This document shows, piece by piece, positions 56,223 to 64,000 of a stretch of 64,000 nt of DNA. The first letter of the stretch is position 1; every line of letters begins with the position of its first letter. The translations under genes were made by a program, and so were the position numbers. A model generated the notes under the pieces. It was not told where the DNA came from, did no database searches, and saw only the letters and a program-made list of their open reading frames with translations. Where the stretch lies: positions 48,262 through 112,261 of the IMG/VR virus record IMGVR_UViG_3300033068_001142, one strand, 5' to 3'. The stretch comes from a virus (Duplodnaviria; Heunggongvirae; Uroviricota; Caudoviricetes).

Positions 56223-57332
56223 ATGAGTTTAGCAACGGCAATAAGTGATGTAGTTACTGCAATCGGTCAAGCAATAAAAGGTAAACAAGACAAGTTAGTA
56301 TCAGGTACTAATATAAAAACTATAAACAGCACGAGTATATTAGGCTCTGGAGACATAACTATTTCTGGAGGAAGTCCTTCTGGAAATACAGGAAGTATTC
56401 AGTACAATAATGCAGGCTCTTTTAAAGGAGCTACAAACGTTAAAATAGATAACGGAGACATAGTTATATCGGAAAATTCTTCCCCTAGCGCACCTGTAAC
56501 AGGGAATGTTAAGATTTTTGCTAAATCTTATGGAAAAACGAGAATGTTACCTGCCTTTGTTGATCCATCTGGAATGGATGTTGCTGTTCAACCAGCTATG
56601 TGGAGACAAAAAATTGGATTCTGGAATGCATCTGGAGGAGTGGCCACTGTACCCGGAATATTTGGTTTCCCTGCTTTTACAGCTGTAGGTACAGCAACAG
56701 TCAGAGCTTTTGCTACCACAAATCTATTTACTAGAATGAGTAGGATAGGCTATGTTAGTGGAGCGACTAAAGGGGCACTAACGTCATTATACCATACAGT
56801 AGCACAATTCACGACCGGTACTGGTACTGGGTTAGGTGGATTTTATTTTGAAACAACCTTTGGATATAGTGACCCTGCCTCTGTTGCTACGGCAAGGAGT
56901 TTTATCGGAATGAGCAGTTTAGTATCTGCTCCTACAAACATTGAGCCAAACACAATGACTAACTGTATAGGTATAGCTCAATTATCAACAGATGGTACAC
57001 AACTATATATAGTATATGGGGGAAGTACAGCACAGACTGCAATAGCATTAGGGGCTGGGTTTCCTCCTTATAATGGAACAGTTGGTATTACTACGGGAGT
57101 GCCTTACAGATTCTCAATATGGAGTCCACCAAGCGTAAACGGTGAAGTGAATTGGCAAGTTGAGCGACTTGATACTGGTACTAAAACATCTGGTACACTC
57201 ACTGGTGTTGTAGGAACAGCTATTCCTGCTAGTACAACATTAATGGCTATTAGAGCTTGGCGGACTAATAATACTACTGCTGCTGCTGTTGGTATGGATG
57301 TAAGTCAATTTTATACAGAAACAGATTATTAA
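56223..57332 (+). CDS. Tail fibre/tail spike-like protein
   Basis: Its N-terminus MSLATAISDVVTAIGQAIKGKQDKL parallels the preceding fibre N-terminus. The rest is a Gly/Thr/Ala-rich beta protein. Confidence 0.5.
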   Translation: MSLATAISDVVTAIGQAIKGKQDKLVSGTNIKTINSTSILGSGDITISGGSPSGNTGSIQYNNAGSFKGATNVKIDNGDIVISENSSPSAPVTGNVKIFAKSYGKTRMLPAFVDPSGMDVAVQPAMWRQKIGFWNASGGVATVPGIFGFPAFTAVGTATVRAFATTNLFTRMSRIGYVSGATKGALTSLYHTVAQFTTGTGTGLGGFYFETTFGYSDPASVATARSFIGMSSLVSAPTNIEPNTMTNCIGIAQLSTDGTQLYIVYGGSTAQTAIALGAGFPPYNGTVGITTGVPYRFSIWSPPSVNGEVNWQVERLDTGTKTSGTLTGVVGTAIPASTTLMAIRAWRTNNTTAAAVGMDVSQFYTETDY

Positions 57333-57358
57333 ACTTACCAAAATATAAAGGAAGATGA

Positions 57359-57757
57359 ATGATGTACAAAACAGAAAATGAACTAAGAGAGGTTATCTCT
57401 CTTGGTAAACCAGAAGAAGTAATTGATATATTCCTTGAATCGTACTTACAAGGCTTAGAATATAACAAATGGAAAGAGGATAAAGACCTTGAAGCAACCG
57501 AAGAAGTAATAACAGGGCAAGATGAAGATGGTAATGATATCGTTGAAACTAGACTTGTAAATGTTTACGAGTTAGTTGATGTATCTGAGCAGATGGAGCA
57601 ATGGAAATTAGATAATTACCAAATACTTAGACAACCACTTTATCCAAATATGGCAGAGTATGTTGATGCATGGGTAAAGCAAGATGAAGATGAAATGGAA
57701 AATTATAGAAAGAAATGCTTAGAAGTTAAAGAAAAATATCCTAAGGAAATAATATGA
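57359..57757 (+). CDS. Hypothetical acidic protein
   Basis: 132 aa, Glu/Asp-rich. Confidence 0.35.
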   Translation: MMYKTENELREVISLGKPEEVIDIFLESYLQGLEYNKWKEDKDLEATEEVITGQDEDGNDIVETRLVNVYELVDVSEQMEQWKLDNYQILRQPLYPNMAEYVDAWVKQDEDEMENYRKKCLEVKEKYPKEII

Positions 57758-58137
57758 CTTTAGAAGAGTTTAACAAAGTTTATAGATATAAAAAAGATAT
57801 TGATAAATTTGGGTTTAATGAAGTTTGGGAAGTACCAAAAATTGAAGATGATGGATATGTATATGGAGATTGTGAGTCTTATTGTAGGTATCTTAAAAAG
57901 AATATTGAATGGTTCAAGGACTGGGAGTATTGGTATTGCAAGTTAAATGGTAATGGTCATTGTGTACTGATTAAAGATGGGATGATTATTGATTGTAATG
58001 TTAAAGATGTAATTAGTTTAGATACTTACTGTAAAATGTATACTGTTAGTGGGCTTAAAAAGTATAGTTTGTTTACTATAGGTGCAAAAGTAATGGTTAG
58101 TTGGGGGTACCTGTTATGGAAAAAATTATTAGGATAA
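57754..58137 (+). CDS. Hypothetical protein
   Basis: 127 aa, Trp/Tyr/Cys-rich. Confidence 0.3.
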   Translation: MTLEEFNKVYRYKKDIDKFGFNEVWEVPKIEDDGYVYGDCESYCRYLKKNIEWFKDWEYWYCKLNGNGHCVLIKDGMIIDCNVKDVISLDTYCKMYTVSGLKKYSLFTIGAKVMVSWGYLLWKKLLG

Positions 58138-58355
58138 TGAGTTCGATTGAGCATGATAAATTGTTACATAGTTTCTATGGGACTTTACTGTTTGCATTGA
58201 TGTTAATTGTAGTTCCTGTATGGAGTGCATTTGGAGTAGTTGTAGTTGTGGCTATAATGAAAGAAGTGCATGACCAATGGAAGTATAAGGGATTTGACTG
58301 GAAAGATATTGTGGCTACGATAATAGTTCCACTAGTATTTGTAATGGTGATTTAG
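58101..58355 (+). CDS. Small two-TM membrane protein (holin candidate)
   Basis: 84 aa with two hydrophobic helices and a charged C-terminus. It lies in the lysis-gene neighbourhood. Confidence 0.35.
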   Translation: MGVPVMEKIIRIMSSIEHDKLLHSFYGTLLFALMLIVVPVWSAFGVVVVVAIMKEVHDQWKYKGFDWKDIVATIIVPLVFVMVI

Positions 58356-58991
58356 GTGATTGATTGGTTGATAAGCAAAATGGGGTTAAAGTCATGTAAG
58401 ATTGATGAATACTTCTTAGTACTAGAAAATAGGATGGATAAGCTAGTTGAAAGATGTGGTAATATTGAGCGTAAGTTAGAGAGGGAGCTAAAAGACTTAA
58501 CATTAGAGTTAGAGTTTTATAAGATAATGTTACACACAGTAGCGAATACTGTTCCCGACATGATGTGGGCTAAAGATACTAATGGTAAGTACTTGTATGC
58601 TAATAAGGCTATAAGAGATGGGTTACTATTTGATAAAGATCCTAGAGGTAAGACAGATGTGGAAATGGCTCTAGCAGCTAAGAAAGTATTTGGGTCACAT
58701 AATCATACATTTGGTGAAAAGTGTGCTAATAGCGATGCAGTAGTTATTAATAAGTGGAATGCTGGAGATTACATTGAACAAGATGGTAGGTTTCTGGAGA
58801 GTGGTAAAGTTAAAGGTAAAATGAAATATTTAGAAGTATTTAAGGCGCCTTTAGTTGTAGATGGTAAACTAGTTGGTGTTGTTGGAACTGGAAGAGATAT
58901 GACTGAGTATGTTGAGGCATACAGAGAGCATAACTGTAATGGATGTGATAAGATGACAGATATATTTACAAAGTATGAGTTTGAGGAGTAA
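58356..58991 (+). CDS. Hypothetical protein
   Basis: 211 aa with an N-terminal coiled coil. Confidence 0.3.
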   Translation: MIDWLISKMGLKSCKIDEYFLVLENRMDKLVERCGNIERKLERELKDLTLELEFYKIMLHTVANTVPDMMWAKDTNGKYLYANKAIRDGLLFDKDPRGKTDVEMALAAKKVFGSHNHTFGEKCANSDAVVINKWNAGDYIEQDGRFLESGKVKGKMKYLEVFKAPLVVDGKLVGVVGTGRDMTEYVEAYREHNCNGCDKMTDIFTKYEFEE

Positions 58992-58993
58992 GA

Positions 58994-59263
58994 ATGGCTA
59001 CTGGGCATGAGTGGGATGGAGTTGAGAGAAGAAATGATCAAGACTGGTTACAATATAAAAGAAAGATAATATCAGATATTGAAGATACAAAAGATGATGT
59101 TGAGAAGATTAAAGAAGAAATAACTAGTATTAAAATGCTAATGACTGAAATGAAAATGGAACTTAAGAGTATCGTTGGTAAGAGTAGTGCAATAACAAGT
59201 ACAGTAGTAAGTGTTGTTGTAAGTGTTGTTGGCGGAGTAATGCTAAATTTTTTATCTAAGTAA
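58994..59263 (+). CDS. Small C-terminally membrane-anchored protein (holin/spanin candidate)
   Basis: 89 aa with a coiled coil followed by a C-terminal TM helix (ITSTVVSVVVSVVGGVML). Confidence 0.3.
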   Translation: MATGHEWDGVERRNDQDWLQYKRKIISDIEDTKDDVEKIKEEITSIKMLMTEMKMELKSIVGKSSAITSTVVSVVVSVVGGVMLNFLSK

Positions 59264-59272
59264 GGAGAAAGA

Positions 59273-59791
59273 ATGATACCAATATTAACTGGAATTGTTA
59301 GTATGTTAGCTGATAAGGGACTTAGTTTAATTAGTGGTGCTATTGACGGTGGTGCAGAGAAAGCTAAGGAATTTATTGAAGAAAAGACAGGAATCAAGTT
59401 AGATAAAGGCCTAACTGATGAGCAAGTTATGGAGTTAAAAAAGTTTGAAGCTGAGAATGAGTTAGAATTAAAGAGATTAGCTTTGTTAAATAAACAAGAA
59501 GATAATAGACATGAGGAAGCGTATGTAAATGCTCAAGTGTCTGAGTATGCTAATGCAAGAGATATGCAGAAGACTGCACTACAACAAGATGATGTATTTA
59601 GTAAAAGATTTGTTTACTACCTAGCGTCATTCTGGAGTGTAGTAGCTGTAATATATATATTCGCAATTACATTCATAAGTATACCTGAAGCTAGTGTTAG
59701 GTTTGCTGATACTACATTAGGATTTGTATTAGGTACAGTAATTGCTACAATAATTGGGTATTTCTTCGGAGCAAGTGTTAAAAAAGGATAA
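59273..59791 (+). CDS. Membrane protein (lysis-cassette neighbour)
   Basis: 172 aa with two C-terminal TM helices. Confidence 0.3.
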   Translation: MIPILTGIVSMLADKGLSLISGAIDGGAEKAKEFIEEKTGIKLDKGLTDEQVMELKKFEAENELELKRLALLNKQEDNRHEEAYVNAQVSEYANARDMQKTALQQDDVFSKRFVYYLASFWSVVAVIYIFAITFISIPEASVRFADTTLGFVLGTVIATIIGYFFGASVKKG

Positions 59792-59793
59792 AT

Positions 59794-60348
59794 ATGGCAA
59801 GTATAGAAGAAGCATGGGGTAAAGTAGTTAGTTTGGAGTTTAATTCTCCAGCTAATGCGTTACATTATAATGAAGGTGAGAAAGGGTATACGTTTATGGG
59901 TGTGTATCAATTTGCACATCCGTCGTGGGAAGGTTGGCGTAAAATACTGACTGTAGTCAGAAATAGTAAAACAATTAGTGAAGCAAGTAAATTATTGTAT
60001 AAAGATGAAGAACTAATTAAGTTAGTTAGAGATTTCTATAAAACTGAGTTTTGGGATAAGATGAAGTTAGACCAAGTAACTAGTCAAAAGATTGCTGAAG
60101 AGATGATGGTGTTTGGTGTAAATGCTGGAATTGGGTCTGCAGTCAAAGCTGCACAGAAAGTAGTTGGTGTAGTTTCTGATGGAGTTATTGGTAGTAGAAC
60201 AATTGCTGCATTGAATGCGTTTGATCCTAAAGTATTTAATGTTGAGTATGATAAAGCTGAAATTGCTCATTATGAAATGTTAGTATCAAAGAATCCTTCA
60301 TTTATTAAGTTTATTAATGGGTGGAGAAATCGAGCAGTGGCTGTTTAA
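59794..60348 (+). CDS. Putative endolysin with a C-terminal PG_binding_3-like domain
   Basis: C-terminal ...VSDGVIGSRTIAALNAF...W-x-x-R motif, as in PG_binding_3. The N-terminal domain is possibly GH108-like (E-x-GY...). No signal peptide. Confidence 0.45.
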   Translation: MASIEEAWGKVVSLEFNSPANALHYNEGEKGYTFMGVYQFAHPSWEGWRKILTVVRNSKTISEASKLLYKDEELIKLVRDFYKTEFWDKMKLDQVTSQKIAEEMMVFGVNAGIGSAVKAAQKVVGVVSDGVIGSRTIAALNAFDPKVFNVEYDKAEIAHYEMLVSKNPSFIKFINGWRNRAVAV

Positions 60349-60408
60349 GCTACTGTAAAGATAATGTATTGTATAATAGACGATATATAAAAACTAATAG
60401 GAACTGTA

Positions 60409-62544
60409 ATGGTAAAGAAAAGTGAGCTATTAAATAGACTTAAGGACGACCTTAGGGCAGCAGACCGTTTAAGGCAGGAGTGGTTTAATAAGATACATGA
60501 ATGGAGAAACGAGACTCAAGGGAAACCTTACGGGAATGAAGTAAAAGGAAAATCTAAAATAGTATCAGCCGATATTCGTAAACAATTAGAATGGATGCTG
60601 CCTACATTAGCTGATCCGTTTTTGAGTACACCAGATATTATTAAATGTAATCCAGTAACGTTTGAGGATGTTCTAGCAGCTAGACAAAATGAGTTGATAT
60701 TGAATACTCAGTTTTGTAGAAAGTTTCCAAGATATAATTTCTTGATGAAAGCATTAAAAGTATTAGCTACTGAAGGAACATTAGTTATTCAGACTGGTTG
60801 GGATTATGAAGATGAAGAAGTTGATACTATGGTAGAAACTGTTGGTATTCATCCTATAACTGGTGAAGATACTATTGTTATGAGTAAAGAGAAAGTAACT
60901 AGGATTAAAAAGAATCAACCTACTGCTGTTGTATGTAGAAATGAAGACATATATTTAGATCCTACTTGTATGGATAATATGGATAAATGTCAATTTGTTA
61001 TTCATAGATATGAGACAGATTTAAGTACATTAAAAGCTGATGGTAGATATAAAAATCTAGATAAAGTTGCTATGGAAGATGGTGGTAAGTATGATTATGG
61101 ATTTATTCAGCAAGATCATACATTCTTCAAGTTTAGTGATAAAGCTAGAAAGAAAATGCTGGTATATGAATACTGGGGTAATTATGATATTGATGAAGAT
61201 GGATTTGCTGAACCGATTGTGTGTGCTTGGATAGGTAACACGATTATTAGATTGCAGAGTAATCCGTATCCAGATAAAAAACCTCCGTTTATCGTTGTCC
61301 CATTTAATGCTGTTCCATTCCAAATGCATGGAGATAGTTTAGCTAGCATAATTGGAGATAATCAGAAAGTTAAGACTGCTATTATCAGAGGTATTATTGA
61401 TAATATGGCACAAAGTAATAATGCACAAGTTGGTATGAGAAAAGGTGCGTTAGATATGACTAATAGGAAGAAGTTCCTAGAGGGTAAGAACTTTGAATAT
61501 AATGGAACACCTAATGACTTCTGGCAAGGAAGTTATAATTCAATACCAAGTAGTGTGTTTGACATATTGACGGTTATGAATAATGAGATTGAGAGTCAGA
61601 CTGGGGTTAAGAGTTTTAGTGGTGGAATAACTGGTAGCTCATTAGGTAGTACAGCTACAGGAGCTAGAGGTGCATTAGATGCAACTGCAACTAGAAGGAT
61701 TAGTTTAGTTAGAAATATTGCAGAGAATTTGATTAAGCCCTTGATGAGAAAATGGATGGCTTATAATAGTGAGTTCCTAGAGGAAGAAGAAATTGTTAGG
61801 ATAACTAATGATGAGTTTGTTCCAATCAGAAGAGATGACTTGAATGGTAATATTGATATAGATATTAGTATTAGTACAGCTGATGATAATGCAGCTAAGT
61901 CACAAGAGTTGAGTTTCCTACTACAAACAATGGGACCAAATCAAGATTTTGAGATTAATAAGATGATAATGGCAGAGATCGCTAGATTAAGTAGAATGCC
62001 TGAATTAGAAAAACAAATTAAAGCACATCAACCTCAACCAGATCCAATGGAAGAGCAAGCTAGACAGTTAGAGATGGCTAAAATGCAGTTAGAATTAGAA
62101 CTAATGAAAGCTGAAATTGCTGATAAACAAGCTAGAGCTGGTGAAAATGTTATTGATGCTGAAGTTAAGAAAGCTAAAATGCAAGTTGAGATGGCGAAAG
62201 CTAGAAAACTTGGAAGTGAAGCTGATGGTTTAGATTTAGATTTCCTAGTTAAAAATGAGTCTGGAATAGGTAATGATACTAAAGACCAAGATAAGTATGC
62301 TCATGAGATGAATATGAAAATGATGGATAGACAACATAAATTAGAAGATGCCTCTATAAATAGAGAACATGATTTAAATAAGTTTATTATCGATAGACAG
62401 TTCAAAGATCAGGAAGCTGAGAAAAATAGAGAGCATGAGTTAATGAAGTTATCTGCTGAAAGAGTACATCAAGTTCAAGATGATGATGTTGCTAGAGAGC
62501 ATGAGTTAGAAAAATTGAATAGACAAAGAAGAGGAGATAAATAG
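60409..62544 (+). CDS. Portal protein (T7 gp8-like head-to-tail connector) with a C-terminal coiled-coil/REHEL-repeat extension
   Basis: The N-terminal LNRLKDD...LPTLADPF region, the mid DIDEDGFAEPIV and GDNQKVKTAIIRGIIDNMAQSN blocks parallel T7 gp8 (recalled). The C-terminal ~150 aa are Glu/Lys/Met-rich with 3 REH(E/D)L repeats. Confidence 0.7.
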   Translation: MVKKSELLNRLKDDLRAADRLRQEWFNKIHEWRNETQGKPYGNEVKGKSKIVSADIRKQLEWMLPTLADPFLSTPDIIKCNPVTFEDVLAARQNELILNTQFCRKFPRYNFLMKALKVLATEGTLVIQTGWDYEDEEVDTMVETVGIHPITGEDTIVMSKEKVTRIKKNQPTAVVCRNEDIYLDPTCMDNMDKCQFVIHRYETDLSTLKADGRYKNLDKVAMEDGGKYDYGFIQQDHTFFKFSDKARKKMLVYEYWGNYDIDEDGFAEPIVCAWIGNTIIRLQSNPYPDKKPPFIVVPFNAVPFQMHGDSLASIIGDNQKVKTAIIRGIIDNMAQSNNAQVGMRKGALDMTNRKKFLEGKNFEYNGTPNDFWQGSYNSIPSSVFDILTVMNNEIESQTGVKSFSGGITGSSLGSTATGARGALDATATRRISLVRNIAENLIKPLMRKWMAYNSEFLEEEEIVRITNDEFVPIRRDDLNGNIDIDISISTADDNAAKSQELSFLLQTMGPNQDFEINKMIMAEIARLSRMPELEKQIKAHQPQPDPMEEQARQLEMAKMQLELELMKAEIADKQARAGENVIDAEVKKAKMQVEMAKARKLGSEADGLDLDFLVKNESGIGNDTKDQDKYAHEMNMKMMDRQHKLEDASINREHDLNKFIIDRQFKDQEAEKNREHELMKLSAERVHQVQDDDVAREHELEKLNRQRRGDK

Positions 62545-62931
62545 ATGGATGTATTAAGTCAAGTTGCACAGAATAATGCTGCTAGAACTGAAGCAGCTAA
62601 GTATAATGCAGATAGGAATGCCGTAGCACACTGGAATGCAATTCAAGATGCTAGGAGAGCTGAGGCAGGTAGAGTACTAAATCAAGGTACTCCTACTCCT
62701 AATGGTTTGGCTGGATTAAGAGCTGAAGCGTATGCTGAAGGACTAAGTCCGGAAGATGCATATAGAATTTCACAGGTTAAAGTAGCACAAGATGCAAACT
62801 ACGATAGGGCTGTAGAGCAAATGAGAAATGCTCAAATAACTAATGGCAAGATTGATCCAGTATATTGGGAAGCAGCTCAGAAAGCTAGTGATTATGAACT
62901 TAGTGGATTAGCTGGAAGAGGGATTAAGTAA
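62545..62931 (+). CDS. Hypothetical protein (scaffold-position gene)
   Basis: 128-aa Ala/Gln-rich helical protein immediately after the portal, TAAATG-coupled. Confidence 0.3.
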   Translation: MDVLSQVAQNNAARTEAAKYNADRNAVAHWNAIQDARRAEAGRVLNQGTPTPNGLAGLRAEAYAEGLSPEDAYRISQVKVAQDANYDRAVEQMRNAQITNGKIDPVYWEAAQKASDYELSGLAGRGIK

Positions 62932-63206
62932 TGAATGAGGAAATAAGTCAAGGACTTGCTTCACATTCTACAAGAAATCAGCCAAGTATTGATGATGTAG
63001 TTCAAATGTTAAAGCAAGGCATGCAACCAGAGGAATTAGTTCAGTCAGGAATTCCTGTTGAGCTGGTTCAAGCAGCTGTTCAAATCTTAATGGAAGAAAT
63101 GGGACAAGCTGGTGGAATGCAACCACAAACACAGAGTGCACCTCCTCCTGAAGGATTAGCTGGAGCTAGAGTTCAGAGTGTGACTGATCCTAAGGTTGGT
63201 ATGTAA
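62931..63206 (+). CDS. Hypothetical Gln-rich small protein
   Basis: 91-aa ORF. Confidence 0.3.
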   Translation: MNEEISQGLASHSTRNQPSIDDVVQMLKQGMQPEELVQSGIPVELVQAAVQILMEEMGQAGGMQPQTQSAPPPEGLAGARVQSVTDPKVGM

Positions 63207-63321
63207 TGGAAGGATTAGCTGCAATGGGTGTGACTAATACATATGGGGATGGTAAAGATAATACTATTAAACATTCTTATGGTGGAACCATAAATAAATC
63301 TAAAAAGAAAAAGGATAAGTA

Positions 63322-63714
63322 ATGGCAGGATTAGCTAAAAGTGAAATGAAAGATTGTGGACCAGATATTGCTAAAGCGATAGGAATAATATTCATGAGTA
63401 GGACTTACGGGCATACTATGCACCTGAAGACTAAGAGTTATGCTCAACATAAAGCATTAGATGAGTTCTACACTGAGATAATAGATCTAGCTGATAGTTT
63501 AATTGAAGCTGCTCAAGGTCAGTATGGGGTACTAGATATTCCGTTTGTAAATATTAGTGGTAGTAGTACTGATCCAATTAGTGGATTACAAGGACACTTA
63601 AAGCAGTTAGATGCGGTGATGGCTAATTGTGATGAAGACTACTTGATGAGCTCGTATCAAGAAATTCAAAGCCTATATAGATCAACGTTGTATAAACTAA
63701 TTAATCTTTCATGA
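63322..63714 (+). CDS. Hypothetical protein
   Basis: 130-aa ORF. Confidence 0.3.
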   Translation: MAGLAKSEMKDCGPDIAKAIGIIFMSRTYGHTMHLKTKSYAQHKALDEFYTEIIDLADSLIEAAQGQYGVLDIPFVNISGSSTDPISGLQGHLKQLDAVMANCDEDYLMSSYQEIQSLYRSTLYKLINLS

Positions 63715-63844
63715 GGACTTAAAGATGGCATGTAAACCAAAGAAAAAATAATTAAGAATAGATTAAGGTAAAGTGTTATATAATGACATCAAGAATTAGT
63801 TGTTAAAAGCTAAATTCAATATCAATAACTTAGGAGGACTTGCA

Positions 63845-64000
63845 ATGTCAAGCAACCAAATAGCTGAAAATGAATTAACAGCAGAAATGTTAGAGGAGTA
63901 CAACTACTACGTTGGACAAAAACAAGCTTTAGAAAGATTAGAATCAAATCCTGATTTTAAGAAAGTAATCTTAGATGGGTACTTTAAAGATAAAGCGGTA
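63845..64000 (+). CDS. Partial CDS running off the window (possible scaffold/capsid-region gene)
   Basis: ATG at 63845 is preceded by TTAGGAGGA. It is open to the window end (MSSNQIAENELTAEMLEEYNYYVGQKQALERL...). Confidence 0.35.
   Translation, partial: MSSNQIAENELTAEMLEEYNYYVGQKQALERLESNPDFKKVILDGYFKDKAV

Noticed and set aside
63770-63790. A TATAAT-like hexamer upstream of the partial ORF at 63845, considered as a sigma70 promoter.
   Set aside because: A single AT-rich hexamer in a roughly 65% AT genome is expected by chance, and no convincing -35 or extended -10 was seen.
1-64000. CRISPR array, integrase/recombinase, lysogeny repressor, T7-consensus promoter repeats.
   Set aside because: No regularly spaced direct repeats with unique spacers were seen. 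No tyrosine or serine recombinase motifs appeared in any ORF. I could not find a repeated 20-23-nt promoter-like consensus by eye, which would need motif discovery on the whole genome.

Overview
This is an AT-rich window of a lytic dsDNA phage genome with a T7-supergroup flavour. It has a short (710 aa) single-subunit RNA polymerase, a T7-like portal, a large terminase subunit and tail fibres. No integrase or repressor is visible. The window has two divergent modules meeting at ~44.6-44.8 kb. A minus-strand early/DNA-metabolism module occupies ~44.6 kb down to 1. It encodes an HExxH peptidase, the RNA polymerase, a winged-helix regulator, two membrane-anchored HNH proteins and many small ORFs, an SPFH protein, a NAD-salvage block (NAMPT, PRPP synthetase, a HAD-like protein, an HD/P-loop protein), an Ntn-amidotransferase/GGCT fusion, an ATP-grasp and a GS-like amidoligase, a primase-like replication protein, a CX5R phosphatase, a PD-(D/E)XK nuclease, a RecA-like ATPase, an SF1 helicase, a DnaQ-like exonuclease, a ligase and a family-A polymerase domain that runs off the window. 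A plus-strand late module occupies 44.8-64 kb. It encodes an RHH protein, the large terminase subunit, collagen-like and Phage_fiber_2-repeat tail fibres, a lysis cassette and the portal. Three things stand out. (1) Four homologous group I introns interrupt the exonuclease, helicase, primase-like and NAMPT genes. They carry T4-type P/Q/R/S core elements and an identical exon-U|UAA 5' junction. Three carry endonuclease ORFs, and one of those is antisense. (2) At least 15 small early proteins with unrelated N-termini end in a shared hydrophobic-LLKP[KR] tail. (3) Two members of that family sit inside the peptide-ligase cluster (Ntn-GATase/GGCT fusion, ATP-grasp, GS-like amidoligase), which suggests an undescribed phage protein-tagging system with the LLKP family as substrates. 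One tRNA gene with an unusual C33 was also found. Gene calls rest on motif reading of the six-frame track plus manual translation of regions the track missed; all similarity statements are from memory and not from searches.
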